Part shown: in pieces, positions 1-8,630 of the stretch
Layout of the letters: each line of letters begins with the position of its first letter
How positions within the stretch are numbered: the first letter of the stretch is position 1
Virus record (IMG/VR): IMGVR_UViG_3300044638_004209
Location: 1 to 29,392 of that record
Strand: one strand, 5' to 3'
DNA length: 29,392 nucleotides
From: a virus
Taxonomy: Duplodnaviria; Caudoviricetes
The notes under the pieces: generated by a model
Databases searched by the model: none
Told to the model about the DNA's origin: nothing
Seen by the model: only the letters and a program-made list of their open reading frames with translations
Made by a program: the position numbers and the translations under genes

Positions 1-1
1 G

Positions 2-1474
2 TTGGGCACGCCTGCGTGCCCAACGACGACTACTGGGCCTAATCAATGTTGGGATGCGGCTAATCTCAGAATGTGCGTGTGTGGTAGTACGACTACCACA
101 ACAACTACCACAACAACACGAACACCGTCTAACTGTAGCGGTACTTGTAATTTTCAGTATGTCGCAAATAGCATCGTACCTGGAAGTTATCTGATACCCC
201 TAACGACATGCCCCCCATCATCGTGTTTCTGTAGCACAACTGCCATACCTAGCAACGTCCGTTGCGGTGATATTATTTCCGGTACTTGTGTTGCGTTATC
301 GGCAGCCGGGACTACTGCCGCACCAACTAGATGTACGTCTTGTCGTGGTTCTTGCTCATGGTTCGCGAAGTACAGTAACAACGTGCTAACATGGGCATAC
401 GATCCGTTGCTAGGCTCGGCCTGTGTCCCCCACGAACCGGGATGTAGTTGTGCTGATGGTGATTATGGCGATGCGCCGCTGCGAGGCACTAATTGTTGCC
501 ATTGTCCCACACCAGAGACACCACCTACAAGCATCTGCGACGTTACCGAAACAACGTGTGCGTTGTATGTCCCCGATCCAGACAACGATGGGGGTTGTGG
601 TTGTTGCACAACCCAACCTTGCGACAAGTATTGCTCGTTCAAAGGCAACGGCTACGGCGGTTGGACAAAGATCGACGATCCTTGTCCAACTACATGCCCA
701 TGTCCAGCCTACCCACCTACGGCTAGCCAATCGGATTGCGATCTTCGTCGATACGCTTGTGGTTCGGTCGTTCCGACCACAACCGCAAGCCCAACAACCT
801 CGACGACAACGACAACCCCTGGCCCTGGTGCTTGCTGTTACGGCGGTGGATGCGAGTTCATCCCCTACCAATGGTGTCAGAACTTTGGTGGTACGTTCCA
901 AGGCGAAGGTGTAACCTGCGCCTCGGTGACGTGCCCAACTACAGTCCCCCCGACGACAACTCAGCAGTATGGAGCATGTTGCAGACCGCAGGCAGGATTC
1001 CCATCGGTATTCTGCGAGCAGGGCGTATCGAAATCCTACTGCGATTACTATCAAGGAAGCTCTTGGTACTCAGGTCAGACTTGTGCCCAAGCCAACTGTA
1101 TTCCGACGACCACAGCATCGCCTGTTGGGCGATGCTGTTTCTACGTTAACGGCGTATTCCAATGGTGCGCAGATAGCATCACTCAGGTTTCCTGTAGTGC
1201 TACTGGCTTTGGTGCCGGTTGGTCGGCTGAGTGGGCACAAGGACAAACCTGCTCCGCAGGTTGTCCAACAACTACTACCACAACTACCACAACTACCACC
1301 ACAACGACCACTACAACTACAGCGGCCCCGCCTTGCGGGGTCTGCGACTATTTGTCCAGTGATGGTGTTACTTGGGAGTTGATAGTCAGTGAGTGTAACG
1401 CACCTTGCAACTGCGTACCGCCTTCAAATCCTCCGGCATTTGAAGGCGACTCAGCTACCACAAACTGCCAGTAA
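2..1474 (+). CDS. Cys-rich/Thr-rich repeat protein, 5' truncated; possibly virion-associated or extracellular
   Basis: Open from the window edge. Repeated GACC/GRCC..C..C modules and CxGxC modules are separated by poly-Thr linkers (TTTTTTTTTT). Followed by an intrinsic terminator. Confidence 0.75.
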   Translation: MGTPACPTTTTGPNQCWDAANLRMCVCGSTTTTTTTTTTRTPSNCSGTCNFQYVANSIVPGSYLIPLTTCPPSSCFCSTTAIPSNVRCGDIISGTCVALSAAGTTAAPTRCTSCRGSCSWFAKYSNNVLTWAYDPLLGSACVPHEPGCSCADGDYGDAPLRGTNCCHCPTPETPPTSICDVTETTCALYVPDPDNDGGCGCCTTQPCDKYCSFKGNGYGGWTKIDDPCPTTCPCPAYPPTASQSDCDLRRYACGSVVPTTTASPTTSTTTTTPGPGACCYGGGCEFIPYQWCQNFGGTFQGEGVTCASVTCPTTVPPTTTQQYGACCRPQAGFPSVFCEQGVSKSYCDYYQGSSWYSGQTCAQANCIPTTTASPVGRCCFYVNGVFQWCADSITQVSCSATGFGAGWSAEWAQGQTCSAGCPTTTTTTTTTTTTTTTTTTAAPPCGVCDYLSSDGVTWELIVSECNAPCNCVPPSNPPAFEGDSATTNCQ

Positions 1475-1505
1475 TTTGCCAACCTAGCAATTTGTTGCGA
1501 TCAAG

Positions 1506-1538
1506 GAGACTCCCTGTAGAATCAGGGAGTCTCTTTTT
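1506..1538 (+). terminator. Rho-independent terminator
   Basis: GAGACTCCCTG-tagaat-CAGGGAGTCTC, an 11-bp stem followed by TTTTT, about 30 nt after the stop at 1474. Confidence 0.8.
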
Positions 1539-1552
1539 CTAGCGGGGAAACA

Positions 1553-3571
1553 ATGACCAAACCATTTTTGACGGTCGCAATGGCGACCTATGACGATTTC
1601 GACGGCGTTTACTTTTCGATCCAAGCCCACCGACTCTTGCAGAACAGTTCCGACTGCGAATTTATCGTTCTGGACAACAACCCAGACAGCGAACACGGCA
1701 AGACCACCCGAGAGTTCGTCCAAGGGATCGCACACAACGAACGGATTCGGTACATACCATTTACCGAATCCAAGGGAACTACCCAGACTCGCGAACGACT
1801 TTTCAAGGAAGCCGAAGGCCAGTACGTCCTGGTTACAGATCCGCACGTCCTGGTACAAGCCAACGGCTTGTACCGGCTCAAGGAGTTCCTACGGAACTCC
1901 GACCCAGAAATGCAAAAGAATCTGTTCACCGGCCCTTTGCTCTACGACGGCATGAACTACGTCGCCACCCACTTCGAGTGCTTATTCCGAGATCAGATGG
2001 AAGGGGCCTGGGCGACCGCCTGGAAGCATCCAGACGGTACGCTGGTGGTTACATCCCAATCGTCTCAAGGAACCGTCCAGATGCGTCCTCTGCATCCTGA
2101 GGGGCTAGGGGAATGGGTGGCTACCGACATTTCGTGGCCCGGCCACGAAAAGGCTCTGATGGATCGCGGCTATAAGGTAGCCGGGATGGACTCGAACGAC
2201 CCGCCGTTCGAGATCCCGGCTCAGGGCCTCGGGCTTTTCTGCTCGTCCAAGGAACACTGGTTGGGGTTCAACCCTGATTTCCGGATGTTCGGGGGTGAGG
2301 AGTGCTACATCCACCGCAAGTATCGCGCCGCTGGTCGGCAGGCACTCTGCCTGCCGTTCCTCAAATGGGTACACCGATTCGGTAGAGTCGGTGGGCCGAA
2401 ATACCCTCTGACGATGGAAGGCAAAGTCCGGAACTACATTCTGGGGTACAAGGAATTGGGGCTAGATCCCGAGCCTATCCGCAAGCACTTCGTAGACGAG
2501 ATCAAAGTACCGCAACAGCGGTACGACATGATCGCCGCCGATCCTGTCAACTTCGCTCCCTACGTCGCGCCGAAGCAACCACAAGTTGATGCCATCGGAA
2601 CCTCGAACCTCGGGCATCCTTTGCCGGTATCGGCGCAGAACCTCGGCCAAGTGGCCGAGTTTCTGCTCAAGAACCCCCGAGACTTGGATCAGCATATCAA
2701 CGCCTTCATGCGATGGACTATCGACTGCGATACCGCAGTCGAAATCACCAAGCGGCGAGAAAGCACCGCTTTCTTGCTTGCTGCTCTTGGCCGCAAGGCG
2801 TGCCAAGGCAAATGCAACAAGGAATCCTGCAACAAGTCGCAGTGCAAGCAGACTGCCGAACTGTACTCTTGGCAGGAAGAAGGCGATACGCTCCTTGGTA
2901 TTTTGCAGGAGCATGTCAAGATCCACGAAGGTCGTCCACTGTCCTACACCGTTACGATGGCGGATTTGACCGAGCCTGTTGAGAAGATCCCCGAAGCGGA
3001 TTTCTTGTTCCTCGACACTCGCCATACCGGTGAGCGATTGCTCACCGAATTGAACCTGTATTCGCCCATGATCCGCAAGCGGATCATGGTACACGACACG
3101 GCATTATATGGGGTTACAGGTGACGGTAACACCAAGGGACTCTGGTGGGCCATCAAGTCATTCTTGGCCGAGAATCCAGAATGGTTCGTGGCCGAACACA
3201 ACGACGCTCAGTACGGCATGACCGTACTGAGTCATGTTCCTGAGGATCGTCCGAAGGACGAGACGAAGCCTTGGCCTAAGACCGACAAGGAAGGCCAGCC
3301 TTGCGGTTGTGGAACCAACCTCAAGGCTTGGCTCAAGAAGATCGGCATCGAAGCGACTCCGAATTGCTCTTGCAACCAAAGGGCGAAGGTCATGGACGAT
3401 CTTGGCCCCCAATGGTGTAGAGACAACATTGAGACGATCTTAGACTGGCTAAACGAAGAAGCTACCAAGAGAAGTCTTGGTAGCTTGTTCTTCCGACCGG
3501 CTGTCAAGCTGGTTGTGCAAAGAGCAATTGCCAAAGCCGAGAAAGATCAAGCCGCAGGCAACTGCGGCTAG
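1553..3571 (+). CDS. Multidomain protein: GT2 (GT-A) glycosyltransferase + class I SAM methyltransferase-like domain + small C-terminal Cys domain
   Basis: N-term LTVAMATYDD...EFIVLDNNP...VLVTDPH and later GFNPDFRMFGGEE fit GT2. DFLFLDTRHT...IMVHDT resembles Methyltransf_24-type domains. C-term CGCGTNLK..CSCN..WC. GGGG RBS-like sequence upstream. Confidence 0.75.
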   Translation: MTKPFLTVAMATYDDFDGVYFSIQAHRLLQNSSDCEFIVLDNNPDSEHGKTTREFVQGIAHNERIRYIPFTESKGTTQTRERLFKEAEGQYVLVTDPHVLVQANGLYRLKEFLRNSDPEMQKNLFTGPLLYDGMNYVATHFECLFRDQMEGAWATAWKHPDGTLVVTSQSSQGTVQMRPLHPEGLGEWVATDISWPGHEKALMDRGYKVAGMDSNDPPFEIPAQGLGLFCSSKEHWLGFNPDFRMFGGEECYIHRKYRAAGRQALCLPFLKWVHRFGRVGGPKYPLTMEGKVRNYILGYKELGLDPEPIRKHFVDEIKVPQQRYDMIAADPVNFAPYVAPKQPQVDAIGTSNLGHPLPVSAQNLGQVAEFLLKNPRDLDQHINAFMRWTIDCDTAVEITKRRESTAFLLAALGRKACQGKCNKESCNKSQCKQTAELYSWQEEGDTLLGILQEHVKIHEGRPLSYTVTMADLTEPVEKIPEADFLFLDTRHTGERLLTELNLYSPMIRKRIMVHDTALYGVTGDGNTKGLWWAIKSFLAENPEWFVAEHNDAQYGMTVLSHVPEDRPKDETKPWPKTDKEGQPCGCGTNLKAWLKKIGIEATPNCSCNQRAKVMDDLGPQWCRDNIETILDWLNEEATKRSLGSLFFRPAVKLVVQRAIAKAEKDQAAGNCG

Positions 3572-4356
3572 TAGTTTTGTTGGTAGTACGCCTCAATCTC
3601 TTGCCGAGTTTGTAGGTAGAACTCGTCATACACAGATTCTAAAGGCTTGTCCGACACGCTATGCGGGCAAGCATCCCAGGACGATTCACAGTTGAATCCC
3701 TGCGAGATCCCTGACCAGTGTTGTTCGCCCTCTCGCCCCCACCTATAGACATAGGTGGGGATCGTTGGAGTGGCTCTGCTGTCTGCGAAGCGAGTCTTGA
3801 GTTCGCCGAGGAACATCTGATCCTGGCCTACGTTCTTGCGGTCTGGGAACAGACCGCCCCAAGGATATAGGCATTTTCGGTCAAACGTGATGCTTGACCA
3901 GAACCGACCTTCGGTCGGTTCGACCCTGAGTGAGCCACCGAAGGTTGTGAATACCTTGTCGGGGTAAGTCCACATAAAACTGCTTTTATTTACCCTCTCA
4001 TACTCCCAAGCCGCCATATCCAAGTGCCCCTCGGTAAACCCGTCGTCATCATCCCAGATGGCGACGTGGGTGAAGTGAGGCCCCATGTACTCCAAGGCGA
4101 AGTTGTACTTTGCCGCAATGCTGCGGAACTTCTCGCCGTTTTGTGGCCTGAGTAGATAGACGTTGCGGCTTTTCCATTCTTGCCACTGTTCTTGGGTCGG
4201 AGAACATCTCGCATCTTTCGGGCGATCATCAATGATCGCCAACGTAGCGTTCTTGTAGGTCTGATCCAAAAAGCACTTGAGGGCGTTTTGGATGGTTTCG
4301 TGCCGGTGATTCCACACCGGCATCAGGCACAAAAAATGAGGTCGGTTCATTTGCAA
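3568..4356 (-). CDS. Glycosyltransferase family 2-like protein
   Basis: FLCLMPVWN..CFLDQTY..LAIIDD, VAIWDDDD (DxD) and GQDQMF are typical GT-A motifs. Confidence 0.8.
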   Translation of the reverse strand: MQMNRPHFLCLMPVWNHRHETIQNALKCFLDQTYKNATLAIIDDRPKDARCSPTQEQWQEWKSRNVYLLRPQNGEKFRSIAAKYNFALEYMGPHFTHVAIWDDDDGFTEGHLDMAAWEYERVNKSSFMWTYPDKVFTTFGGSLRVEPTEGRFWSSITFDRKCLYPWGGLFPDRKNVGQDQMFLGELKTRFADSRATPTIPTYVYRWGREGEQHWSGISQGFNCESSWDACPHSVSDKPLESVYDEFYLQTRQEIEAYYQQNY

Positions 4357-4727
4357 AACTCCTTGGGGTAGATGCTGATGATTTTCCTATAGATGGTTTT
4401 TTGAGTGGTGTGAATGACACCGGCTGTCTTGAATGTTACTAGACGGCTATGCTCAGTCGCCACGCCGTATTCCAGAATCCACGCGCCTTGCTCGATAGCG
4501 AGCAAGGCTTGGATAAGCCGCGAAGCGTCCAGAGGCCGCTTCGCATCTAACATCCTCTTAGCTTTTTTGAGAAGCCTGCGCTGTAGAGCGCAGGCTTCTG
4601 CCTGCGATCTAATCTCACGATGCCATCTGCCATCGACACTTGTATGTCGCCGTTTTGGTTTCGTTGTCGGGGGCTTCCAGCAACAGACTTCTACTTCTGT
4701 TGGCGGGTTCTTACAGTTCTTGCTCAT
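4347..4727 (-). CDS. Hypothetical basic protein (start reassigned to MSKNCK at 4727)
   Basis: Fills the gap in the minus-strand operon, with short overlaps to both neighbours. Confidence 0.55.
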   Translation of the reverse strand: MSKNCKNPPTEVEVCCWKPPTTKPKRRHTSVDGRWHREIRSQAEACALQRRLLKKAKRMLDAKRPLDASRLIQALLAIEQGAWILEYGVATEHSRLVTFKTAGVIHTTQKTIYRKIISIYPKEFCK

Positions 4728-4944
4728 GGTTCGGTTTGATAAAGGTAAGGCCAATCCCTTGCCAATCAGATCGGTCGTTTTCGTGGAAAATAGGTTGGCC
4801 GAGTTCTGCACGTTTGCGCATCACTTCGATTTTCTCAGGAGATCCGGCAGGAGCATCCGTCCCGACGAACATGGCTTGTGCCACGTCGTCGTCGATTGGG
4901 GTGTTGCCGTATCTCAGGACATACTCGAATCGGTCGCTGGTCAT
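4711..4944 (-). CDS. Hypothetical protein (TDAPAGSPEKIEVMRKRAELGQPIFH motif)
   Basis: 77-aa ORF abutting its neighbours in the operon. The motif resembles small proteins I recall from Planctomycetota (unverified). Confidence 0.65.
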   Translation of the reverse strand: MTSDRFEYVLRYGNTPIDDDVAQAMFVGTDAPAGSPEKIEVMRKRAELGQPIFHENDRSDWQGIGLTFIKPNHEQEL

Positions 4945-4946
4945 TC

Positions 4947-5207
4947 TTATCGTTTTCGTGGTGGGGGTGGTGATGTCGGTATGTTGCTTGTTTTTCTTTT
5001 TCTAGCTCGCCTAGCCCAGATCGCCAGCAACTCTCGAACCCACTCTTTAGCAGAAACCATTTCAGTTCGCCAATCTTCCCTATCCTCGGGATCTACACCG
5101 CACAGTTCGGCATAACAGGCCGCAAGTTCGAGCCGTTGGTCATCGGTTAAGGGTGGGATTACGTCGCCGGTTGGTGGTGGTGGTGGGGCTGGTTCTTTAG
5201 TTGGCAT
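4947..5207 (-). CDS. Hypothetical Pro-rich protein
   Basis: 86-aa ORF in operon context; its start lies inside the 34-bp duplication. Confidence 0.6.
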   Translation of the reverse strand: MPTKEPAPPPPPTGDVIPPLTDDQRLELAACYAELCGVDPEDREDWRTEMVSAKEWVRELLAIWARRARKRKTSNIPTSPPPPRKR

Positions 5208-5266
5208 CTTGCACCTTCTTCGATAGTTCTTTAGTTGGCATCTTGCACCTTCTTCGATAGTTCTTT
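5192..5266. repeat. Exact 34-bp tandem duplication (about 2.2 copies)
   Basis: gttctttagttggcatcttgcaccttcttcgata at 5192-5225 and 5226-5259, plus gttcttt at 5260-5266. Confidence 0.95.
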
Positions 5267-5497
5267 GAGCAGTGCATCGGCATAGAACACAGCGGCTTCT
5301 GCCGCTGGCATCCTGTCGGACTCTTGATCGTCAGATTCCTCCCACGATTCCTCAGGCTTAGTAAAGGAAACTTGATTTGCCAAGATCCCTTGTAAAGCCA
5401 TCGCTGCAAACAATTCGCGTTTGGTAAGACCGAATTCAGGATTGTATCGCTCGGGAACAAAATTGCTCGGATATGCCGAGTCGTATCCATTCATCAT
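5231..5497 (-). CDS. Conserved phage hypothetical protein (GLTKRELFAAMALQG motif)
   Basis: The GLTKRE.FAA.A.QG...A...A+.YADALL pattern is common in small phage proteins. ATGA overlap with the upstream gene. Confidence 0.75.
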   Translation of the reverse strand: MMNGYDSAYPSNFVPERYNPEFGLTKRELFAAMALQGILANQVSFTKPEESWEESDDQESDRMPAAEAAVFYADALLKELSKKVQDAN

Positions 5498-5709
5498 TCA
5501 ATCTCCTGTTTGTTTGTCGGTCTGCGAAAAATAGCCGTTGTCGGAACAGCGTATCGTTTGAACTGAGCGTTCATGGAATCGACTGTTCTGCCCGCATTTA
5601 CGTCAACGACGTAAACACGGTCAGGAGGGTCGTCAAGACACCAGAATACGTCCCCTTTTTCAAGCACTTCGTGCCCCTCAAGTTCTCGCCCTTCGAGTTG
5701 CGCCATCAC
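5494..5709 (-). CDS. Hypothetical protein
   Basis: 71 aa, with 4-nt start/stop overlaps on both sides. Confidence 0.6.
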   Translation of the reverse strand: MMAQLEGRELEGHEVLEKGDVFWCLDDPPDRVYVVDVNAGRTVDSMNAQFKRYAVPTTAIFRRPTNKQEIE

Positions 5710-6269
5710 TCAATCTCCAATCTGTTTTCAAAGTCCATGAATTCTTCGATGTGCGTCACCATGATGATCTGCACACCCATCTCTTGTGAAAGCTCAGACA
5801 GAAGTGCCCGGACGTTGCTGCGGTAGTGCGACGAGACGAACCGGAACGGTTCGTCCAGAATCAAAACTTTGGCAGGTTGAGGACGTTGCAGCATGAGGCA
5901 AGCGAGCCGCAAGCCGAAAGCCGCAACATCTAAAATTCCGCCGCCGCACGATTGGAGGGGGTCAAGCTCGTGACCTTCCGCATCGACAAGTACGCCGCGC
6001 ACTTCTGTCTGTCCCCGTTTCTGCTCGAAAACGAGCAGAAACTTCAATGCTTGGTCGCCAAAGACCGCCTGCAAGCATCGGGTAACGACGTACCCGATGC
6101 GTTTCTGGCAAGCCTCTTGGCACTCCATGCTAATCTGTTGAACAATCTCCTTGGCCGCCAAGGCGGCCTCGTATCGTTCACGCAAGTCGTCTATCGACGA
6201 CTTGCTACTTTCGACCGCCATGACGGCAGCCTCAAATTTATTTGAGGCTGCCAAGAGCGTTGATTGCAT
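5706..6269 (-). CDS. SbcC/Rad50 (gp46-like) ATPase, C-terminal half
   Basis: Signature-like SCGGG, Walker B/D-loop VLILDEPF and H-loop IMVTH, but no Walker A. Start reassigned to MQSTLL (6269). Confidence 0.8.
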   Translation of the reverse strand: MQSTLLAASNKFEAAVMAVESSKSSIDDLRERYEAALAAKEIVQQISMECQEACQKRIGYVVTRCLQAVFGDQALKFLLVFEQKRGQTEVRGVLVDAEGHELDPLQSCGGGILDVAAFGLRLACLMLQRPQPAKVLILDEPFRFVSSHYRSNVRALLSELSQEMGVQIIMVTHIEEFMDFENRLEIE

Positions 6270-6486
6270 CTTGGTTAGCCGCAAAAAATTCGTCACACTG
6301 TTTGTTGAAAGATGGTTCATTGGTTTCGATGTACTGTTCGAGTTCCTTGATTTCCGCCTGCGCTGATTCAATCGTCTCGTGTCCGAGATCCTTGAGGTTG
6401 CGGAGTAGTTGCTCCTTCTGCCCCTCCAATCTCGTTCGCTGAGTCTTGGCTGACTCTAATCTCTTTTGAATTTCCGCATAGTCCAC
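6238..6486 (-). CDS. Small coiled-coil protein (possible third Rad50 piece)
   Basis: AGGAG RBS before GTG at 6486; heptad-like EIQKRLESAKTQRTRLEGQKEQLLRNL. Confidence 0.65.
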   Translation of the reverse strand: MDYAEIQKRLESAKTQRTRLEGQKEQLLRNLKDLGHETIESAQAEIKELEQYIETNEPSFNKQCDEFFAANQDAINALGSLK

Positions 6487-6628
6487 AATCGGTTCTCCTG
6501 GCTTTGAGTGTGCATGGTTTATCGCCTGCCCCACCATAGGGGCAGGCGATGTATTGTACGTCTGGGCTAGGTACTTCTGGAATACGATAGACCGAGTTTT
6601 TGCAGATTATGCAAACATAATCAGCCAT
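6368..6628 (-). CDS. Possible small Cys-rich (Zn-binding) protein
   Basis: ATG overlaps the Mre11 stop; CIIC...C...C...CGLC. It overlaps the next gene by about 120 nt, so it is uncertain. Confidence 0.35.
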   Translation of the reverse strand: MADYVCIICKNSVYRIPEVPSPDVQYIACPYGGAGDKPCTLKARRTDCGLCGNSKEIRVSQDSANEIGGAEGATTPQPQGSRTRDD

Positions 6629-7526
6629 CTTGTTTCAGATCCGCAAGCATCTGCCTAAGGATGTGAGCAGTCCGTGGCGGGACGGCATCGACGGAACGCT
6701 CCAAGGTTTCCAGAAACGAATCGCCGGTGTGTTGGAGATCCTGCAACTCTTGGATGACCTCGGATGCCACCTTGGCATCCTCGATCTCAGGTTGCCACGA
6801 TTCTGCCCACACAGGTTCAGGCACGTCGTAGGGGTGCTTCTCGATGGAACCATCGGACATCAGGACTCCGTAGTGAGGCACTAGGGACTTCTGATCGGCG
6901 TTTTGCGGGATGAACCCGCCGTGGTTCATCACGTTGGGTAACATCCAAGGAATATGATTGTCCCCAATAATCATGGCATCGAGGTTGGGGTAGAGTCGCT
7001 CGAAACGAGACGACTCGTCGGCTTTGGCGTGGCAGTTGAACTGGTTGCTCCATGCGTATTTGTGGAGGACTCCCAGCTTGATTGTGCCTTCTTTTTTATA
7101 CTCTGTCGGTGGCTCCCACCGACCCCAAGGCATAGCCCATAATTGCAAGCCCCGAACACCGATATTAACCCACTCTGTAGTTGGCAGATCAAAAATAATA
7201 TCCACAGCGGCTAGGCATCCGTAGGCTCCTCTGAGCCTACTTTCATAGTCGTGGTAGCGAAGATCGTGTTGACCTGGGATAGCCGCCATCTGAGGTAGCT
7301 TTTGGACGGCGAATCGGACGAGTTCGCTCGATGGATTCCATCGGTCGAATACGTCGCCTGCGCAGATTATCGGGGAACTCCACCGACGCGATGCTTCCCC
7401 CAAAGCGTTGAGATGATTCTCCATGACCTCGTACCAGTCCTTTTCGGCCCTGGCACTCGGGGTAGTCTCCCGCAAGTGGAGATCGGAACACAGGATGGCT
7501 AAAGGGGCCTTTTGCACGTCGGACAT
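6621..7526 (-). CDS. SbcD/Mre11 (gp47-like) metallophosphoesterase nuclease
   Basis: Motifs SDLH, AGDVFD, PGQHD, H and GDNH. Start reassigned to MSDVQK (7526). Confidence 0.85.
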   Translation of the reverse strand: MSDVQKAPLAILCSDLHLRETTPSARAEKDWYEVMENHLNALGEASRRWSSPIICAGDVFDRWNPSSELVRFAVQKLPQMAAIPGQHDLRYHDYESRLRGAYGCLAAVDIIFDLPTTEWVNIGVRGLQLWAMPWGRWEPPTEYKKEGTIKLGVLHKYAWSNQFNCHAKADESSRFERLYPNLDAMIIGDNHIPWMLPNVMNHGGFIPQNADQKSLVPHYGVLMSDGSIEKHPYDVPEPVWAESWQPEIEDAKVASEVIQELQDLQHTGDSFLETLERSVDAVPPRTAHILRQMLADLKQDG

Positions 7527-8629
7527 ACTTCCCTCACTAATTTGATTTTGGTTTCTAACTCGGTGACAGATTGGCAGGCGACTTGGTAAGTCCCCTGCCA
7601 ATCTGCTATACCACTCAACACACGTTCCAACTTTGACTGCTTCGCTCGCGACTCTGCGAGTCGCTTGCTTGCTTCGAGCAGGAGATCCACGTCGCCGTGG
7701 ATCTCCTTAGTCGATGCGAGGCGTTGTATTGCAGATTGCAATACAACGAATCGGGATTGCTTGGCGGCAATCTGCTCGCCCTGCTTTTTCAGTTTTGCTA
7801 ATCCTGATCCAACAGTATTAACTAAACTGATCTTGGCCGACACGTCGGCCAAAGGTGCAACCGTCGTCAGAATCGCCTTACGGCGATTCTGCTTGTCGGC
7901 TAAAGCCTTGGCCTGATCGGCCAAGGCTTGCAAGCCTAGTATCAACTTTTCTAATGCTAGCAGAGACTTGGATAGCTCCACGACTACCTGCGTCTTGTCA
8001 GACAGCAGCGTGTATCGGCTTTGCTTATCCTGTAACTCTTGCATAAGCACTACTAATGATTTGTGCTGTACCAGAACGCCTGGAACCCAGGCGATCTGGT
8101 CGAGTTCGGCTCTCTGCTTCTCGGCGATGGTTTCCATCGCCGAAAGTTCGCCCTTGGTTCGAGTAGCGTTGCTGGCCGCCATCGCGTTTGCCTTGTCGAT
8201 GATCGACAAGTCCACAATGCGGTTGAGTTCCTTTGCCATCTGGCCGGGGGATAGCGTCAGCAGGAATGGAGCATCGTGCTGGCCTTGCAGGTTGATCTCC
8301 GAGAGTCCGAGTGTAGCTTGGACTTCGGATGGTTGCTTCGTGGCGCACGCCACGAAGGTCTGTCCGGCGACTCTGTAGCCGTACCCCTCGGATGGATGCT
8401 TGAATCGAGTGACCTCGCCTCTCTCAGAGGCGATGGTCACTTCGGTATGCGGCTCGTCGAACGTCTGCAATCCGGTGATCGGCTTGTGTTCCACAAGCCA
8501 CCGGATTGCACGAAAGACGGACGATTTACCTGCGTTTGTGGGGCCGACGATCACGTTGACGTTCGGAACGAACGTCAATCGTCGGTCGCGGTGGGCCTGG
8601 AAATTGGTCAGGTGGATTTCTGTGAGCAT
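7499..8629 (-). CDS. SbcC/Rad50 (gp46-like) ATPase, N-terminal half ending in a zinc hook
   Basis: LTNFQAH, Walker A GPTNAGKSS, Q-loop INLQGQHD, long coiled coil, terminal CPTCKRPL. Confidence 0.85.
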   Translation of the reverse strand: MLTEIHLTNFQAHRDRRLTFVPNVNVIVGPTNAGKSSVFRAIRWLVEHKPITGLQTFDEPHTEVTIASERGEVTRFKHPSEGYGYRVAGQTFVACATKQPSEVQATLGLSEINLQGQHDAPFLLTLSPGQMAKELNRIVDLSIIDKANAMAASNATRTKGELSAMETIAEKQRAELDQIAWVPGVLVQHKSLVVLMQELQDKQSRYTLLSDKTQVVVELSKSLLALEKLILGLQALADQAKALADKQNRRKAILTTVAPLADVSAKISLVNTVGSGLAKLKKQGEQIAAKQSRFVVLQSAIQRLASTKEIHGDVDLLLEASKRLAESRAKQSKLERVLSGIADWQGTYQVACQSVTELETKIKLVREVCPTCKRPL

Positions 8630-8630
8630 C

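Noticed and set aside
1264-1320. ACN trinucleotide run as a microsatellite or contingency locus
   Set aside because: Third positions vary (ACA/ACT/ACC/ACG), indicating selection on poly-Thr protein rather than DNA slippage.
410-1382. Alternative-frame and antisense ORFs over the Cys-rich gene
   Set aside because: Shadows of a low-complexity, biased coding sequence with no recognisable motifs.
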